Shown here in pieces: positions 60,745 through 64,000 of a DNA stretch of 64,000 nucleotides (position 1 is the first letter of the stretch; every line of letters starts with the position of its first letter). The DNA lies in contig JBGANV010000003.1 in assembly GCA_044222185.1 (NCBI GenBank), positions 736,001 through 800,000 of the forward strand. The letters are read 5' to 3'. The position numbers were made by a program, and so were the translations under genes. Source of the stretch: Planctomycetota bacterium. Its GTDB lineage: Bacteria > Planctomycetota > GCA-002687715 > CAIWVZ01. The notes under the pieces are model-generated. The model was given only the letters and a program-made list of their open reading frames with translations, was not told where the DNA came from and made no database searches.

Positions 60745-62529
60745 TCAGGGTGCCCGCACGACGCGGAAACCCACGAACGAGTTCGCCTCGTCCGGCGCCA
60801 GGAAGAACCGCTCGGCCGATCGGCAGTTGCGCGCCGGGTTGATGCACGACCCGCCGCGCAGGACGCGCAGGACGCCGATCGACGGCCCCTTCGGATCGAC
60901 CACACCGGCGCGGCAGCGGGCATATTCCCGCTCGTCGTACCAGTCCCAGCACCACTCCCAGACGTTCCCGAGCATGTCGTACAAGCCGAGTCCGTTGGGC
61001 TTCTTCGTCCCGACGGGATGCACGAGGCCGTGACTGTTCCCGAAGTGCAACGCGATCCGGTCGAGCTGACCGGGGCGTGACGCCGCCTGCCCCGCGCGAC
61101 AGGCATACTCCCACTCGGCCTCGGTCGGCAGGTGGAAGTTGAAGCGCACGCAGAACGCGACCGCATCGCTCCACGTCACGTTGACGACGGGACGGCGCAC
61201 GTGGGTCGCCTCGTCCTGCTCGGGCGCCGGGCGCGTCTGCTCGGGCTTGAACAGGCCGAACTGGGCGTTCGTGATCGGCATTCGCCCCATGTAGAACGGC
61301 GCGGAGATCGTCACCGAATGTTGGGGTCGCTCGTCGTCGTCGCCGCCGTCTTCGCCGATGGGCGAGCCACGCGTGAACGAGCCCGGAGCGACGAGTACGA
61401 GCTCGATGCCCGTCTCGCGATCGAGGACTTCGCGCGGGAGGCCGCACCCTTCGTCGATCACGGTCGACGCTTTCGGAATCGCCCAGTCGGGGCACATGGT
61501 GTCGATGACGGCGAGTTGTCGCCCCTCGAGGATGAGCTGCGTCGGCTCGGGCGCCCGGATCGTCGCGCTACCGGACATCGTGTCGCGGCGCGTCATGTCC
61601 ATGTGGAAGTCGTTCGGTGCGCGATCCGCATCCAGGCGGCTGAACGAGTGCGTGTCGACGCCTTCGAGTGCGGCGATGCTCTGCTGCAGCGTCTGGTTCC
61701 ACTTCTTCAAGTCCTTCGGGCGCATCTCCGGGTTCGGGCGCAAGGCCTCGTGGATGAGCGCGCAGAGGTTCGGAGTGCACTTGAGCACGGGAACGATGTC
61801 CGACAGCGAGACCGGCTTGCACTCGGCGACGCGGAGGATCACCTCGTCTTGCGAGCGCCCGGGGAATGCGGGCCGGCCCGCGAGCATCTCGTATGCCGTG
61901 GCGCCGAGGCTGAAGACGTCGAATGCGGCCGTGATCGACGCGCCACGCGTCCGCGGCTCGTGGTACTCGGGGGGCGCGTAGCTCGGCGTGCACGCGCCGC
62001 CCTGCGTGACGAGCCCCACGGTCGTGACCGCGTCGGCCGTGTCGGCCAGACGGGCGATCCCGAAGTCGAGGATCTTGACGAGGGGGACGTCGTCGAGATC
62101 GGGCGTCAGCATGATGTTGCCTGGCTTCAAGTCACGGTGGACGACGCCGGCCTTGTGGATCGCCCGCAGTCCCTTGGCGATCTGCACGATGATCGGGACG
62201 GCCTCCGTCGGCTCCATGCGACCGCGTTTCAACCGGTTTCCGAGCGTCTCGCCCTCGCAGAACTCGAAGACGATGAACGGACGGCCGTCGCGTGAAACCC
62301 CGAAGTCCCGGAACTGCGCCACGTGCGCCGAGCGGACGCTCACGGCCGCCCGGGCCTCGCGCTCGAAGGCCTGCCGGATCGCGGGGTGGTTCGCCACGTC
62401 CGCATGGGCGAGCTTGATGGCGCAGGGAATTCCCAGCGGGTTCATCACGGCGCGATACACCGTCCCGAAGCCGCCCCGCTCGAGGTACGACTGGATCGTG
62501 TAGTGTTCGCTGAGGTCCGGGAACTGCAT
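60745..62529 (-). CDS. Ser/Thr protein kinase fused to an FGE-sulfatase (SUMF1-like) domain
   Basis: GGFGTVY, AIK, HRDLKPGN, DFG; then F.RGS...DERPQH.V, PVVNVTW.DA, LPTEAEWEYACRAG, GLYDMLGNVWEW, RVLRGGS, GFRVVR. Confidence 0.93.
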   Translation of the reverse strand: MQFPDLSEHYTIQSYLERGGFGTVYRAVMNPLGIPCAIKLAHADVANHPAIRQAFEREARAAVSVRSAHVAQFRDFGVSRDGRPFIVFEFCEGETLGNRLKRGRMEPTEAVPIIVQIAKGLRAIHKAGVVHRDLKPGNIMLTPDLDDVPLVKILDFGIARLADTADAVTTVGLVTQGGACTPSYAPPEYHEPRTRGASITAAFDVFSLGATAYEMLAGRPAFPGRSQDEVILRVAECKPVSLSDIVPVLKCTPNLCALIHEALRPNPEMRPKDLKKWNQTLQQSIAALEGVDTHSFSRLDADRAPNDFHMDMTRRDTMSGSATIRAPEPTQLILEGRQLAVIDTMCPDWAIPKASTVIDEGCGLPREVLDRETGIELVLVAPGSFTRGSPIGEDGGDDDERPQHSVTISAPFYMGRMPITNAQFGLFKPEQTRPAPEQDEATHVRRPVVNVTWSDAVAFCVRFNFHLPTEAEWEYACRAGQAASRPGQLDRIALHFGNSHGLVHPVGTKKPNGLGLYDMLGNVWEWCWDWYDEREYARCRAGVVDPKGPSIGVLRVLRGGSCINPARNCRSAERFFLAPDEANSFVGFRVVRAP

Positions 62530-63090
62530 GACGCCCCCAGTGTCTTCGGCACGATGGGGCCCGGGGCTTGCTGCCGCGACGGCGATCCAGGGAAAACATG
62601 CCGCCCGCAGATGTTCTCCGACGCCAGATCCGGGCTCCGGGACTCCTCCGGCGACGAACGGCCGCAACGCGACGCCTGGCGCAGAGGTTTGTGGACGGCG
62701 CTTCCTGTCCTCCACGCTATGGAGCTCAACGTCCGACGTCGGTAATCGGTCCGACGCAGCCGCGCCGGTATCGGAGACGACCGTGCTCCGTCGCCGCGCC
62801 ATGCAAGGGAGCCTTCGTCACGCTCTCCGCACTGGTCCGCCTGAACCTCGCGCACGGCCCCGAGAAACCAGTCGCCTTGCGTGACTTCTCCCGGCAGGCG
62901 CAGGGCCCCACGCACGTGAGAGCGGCCTGGCGACGCCCGGTCACGGCAGAAACGGTGATTCCATGTCCGGATGGGAGCGACGGGCTCAAGTCGGGCCTAT
63001 GCACCTGCAAACCCCACGTCGACACGCCGCCCCGATGGCCTGGGCAGACCTGCGCGTGGGTCACCCCGCGCCGACGAGGAGCCAGCAGCC

Positions 63091-64000
63091 ATGACACGTC
63101 GCCCACCCACGTCTACCTGGATCGTCGCGGCGATCGCCCTCTTGGCGGCTGTCGGACTCATCGATCGAAGCACCCCTGAACCGCGGGCAATCCTCTTGGA
63201 GGCCGCGACTCCGCTCGCGGCCGTGTCGACGGTCAGCCGTCCCGTGAGCGACGATCGGCCGGCACCACTCGTGGTCGCTTCGTTTCACGCGGCACCGCCG
63301 GACGCGACTCCGGCTCCCGTGCGTCCTCGGCGGGGCGTGCGAGGACGAATCGTAAGCCCCAATGTGATCATCCGACACGGGCCGGACGGCGCCCCTGTCT
63401 TCGGACTGTCCTCCTGCGAGATCCTCCCGTTCCGTGCGGTTGAAGACCAGAAGGCTCGCTTCACGACGTTCGTATTCTCCGGCTCGAAGGACCGGGCCGT
63501 GACGCCGTCGGCCGAGGGCGACTTCGAGATCGACCTCGCTCCGGGGATCTACCGTATCTCGGCCCAGCACGACCCCAGACACGCGACAACCCCGTGGCTA
63601 CGTGAGTTCTGGTACGCGATCGTTCGGATTGACGCGGCCGACCAGGGCTTGCTGGACCTCGGAGAGAACCGTTTCGCGCCAGCCCCCGTCACGGGCACCA
63701 TCGTCGATCTCCGAATGCCAGGGACGCTCGACCTCAGCGGGACAAACGTCGAATTCTCGGATGCCCAATCGGAGGAGCCGGGGTTGCCGCTGTCGGCCAC
63801 TGGGTATGGCGTCGACGTGAAGCCGACGTCAAGCGGCGAGTTCGCCGTGAGTCTGGCACGTTATTCCGGGTCGAACGCACTCATCCCTCACCCGGGACGC
63901 GTCTGCGGCTGCATCACCGCGACGCTCGGGGGAGACACCGCGTCGCTCGAACCCGTGACAATGGGCGAACATGTAGAGGTGAAGTTGACGTCCGCGCCCC
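63091..64000 (+). CDS. Membrane-anchored/secreted protein with carboxypeptidase-regulatory-like beta-sandwich repeats (runs off the window edge)
   Basis: Not in the ORF track because it has no stop in the window. GAGGAG RBS; MTRRPPTSTWIVAAIALLAAVGL; VRGRIV...EGDFEIDLAPGIYRI and VTGTIVD...SGEFAV; frame open to 64000. Confidence 0.7.
   Translation, partial: MTRRPPTSTWIVAAIALLAAVGLIDRSTPEPRAILLEAATPLAAVSTVSRPVSDDRPAPLVVASFHAAPPDATPAPVRPRRGVRGRIVSPNVIIRHGPDGAPVFGLSSCEILPFRAVEDQKARFTTFVFSGSKDRAVTPSAEGDFEIDLAPGIYRISAQHDPRHATTPWLREFWYAIVRIDAADQGLLDLGENRFAPAPVTGTIVDLRMPGTLDLSGTNVEFSDAQSEEPGLPLSATGYGVDVKPTSSGEFAVSLARYSGSNALIPHPGRVCGCITATLGGDTASLEPVTMGEHVEVKLTSAP

Noticed and set aside
60745-63090. 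Diversity-generating retroelement targeting the FGE (CLec-fold) C-terminus
   Set aside because: No reverse transcriptase, and I found no second copy of the 3' region (template repeat) in the window, including the 62530-63090 intergenic stretch.
62530-63090. ncRNA or small gene in the 560-bp divergent intergenic region
   Set aside because: No recognisable riboswitch or ncRNA motif and no convincing ORF; it cannot be supported without a covariance search.

Overview
High-GC bacterial DNA. The gene content suggests Planctomycetota (inference only): an ECF sigma factor paired with a Ser/Thr kinase, many secreted DxDGxGP-repeat, FG-GAP, lamin-tail and P-domain proteins, and a kinase-FGE fusion. 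The window holds about 47 CDSs, one tRNA-Met(CAT), two disrupted genes and a family of REP-like double-hairpin repeats. No integrase, transposase, CRISPR array or rRNA was seen. Recognisable housekeeping genes: aroF-type DAHP synthase, pepQ, a POT peptide transporter, hrpB, fbaB, adenosine deaminase, hppA and a LytS/LytTR pair. Best candidates for undescribed biology: (1) a secreted Cys-rich uORF ending in RPPGP-E-RTPP, followed by a hairpin that pairs with the Shine-Dalgarno of a TolC-adaptor-ABC-two permease-Cys-lipoprotein operon, with a multicopper oxidase nearby; this looks like a CutF/CruR-style ribosome-arrest metal sensor controlling a MacB-type exporter; (2) a ~115-aa C-terminal domain shared by at least seven secreted proteins with different passenger domains, plus a second related type on two more, which could be a sorting or surface-anchoring signal; (3) a POT transporter with a ~210-aa inserted soluble domain; (4) a VTC-DUF4956-HlyD operon; (5) REP doublets with constant spacing that bracket one gene and, as tandem copies, truncate another. 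Family assignments come from motif recognition by eye; no database searches were run. Start codons were often moved downstream of the ORF-track starts using RBS and signal-peptide evidence.
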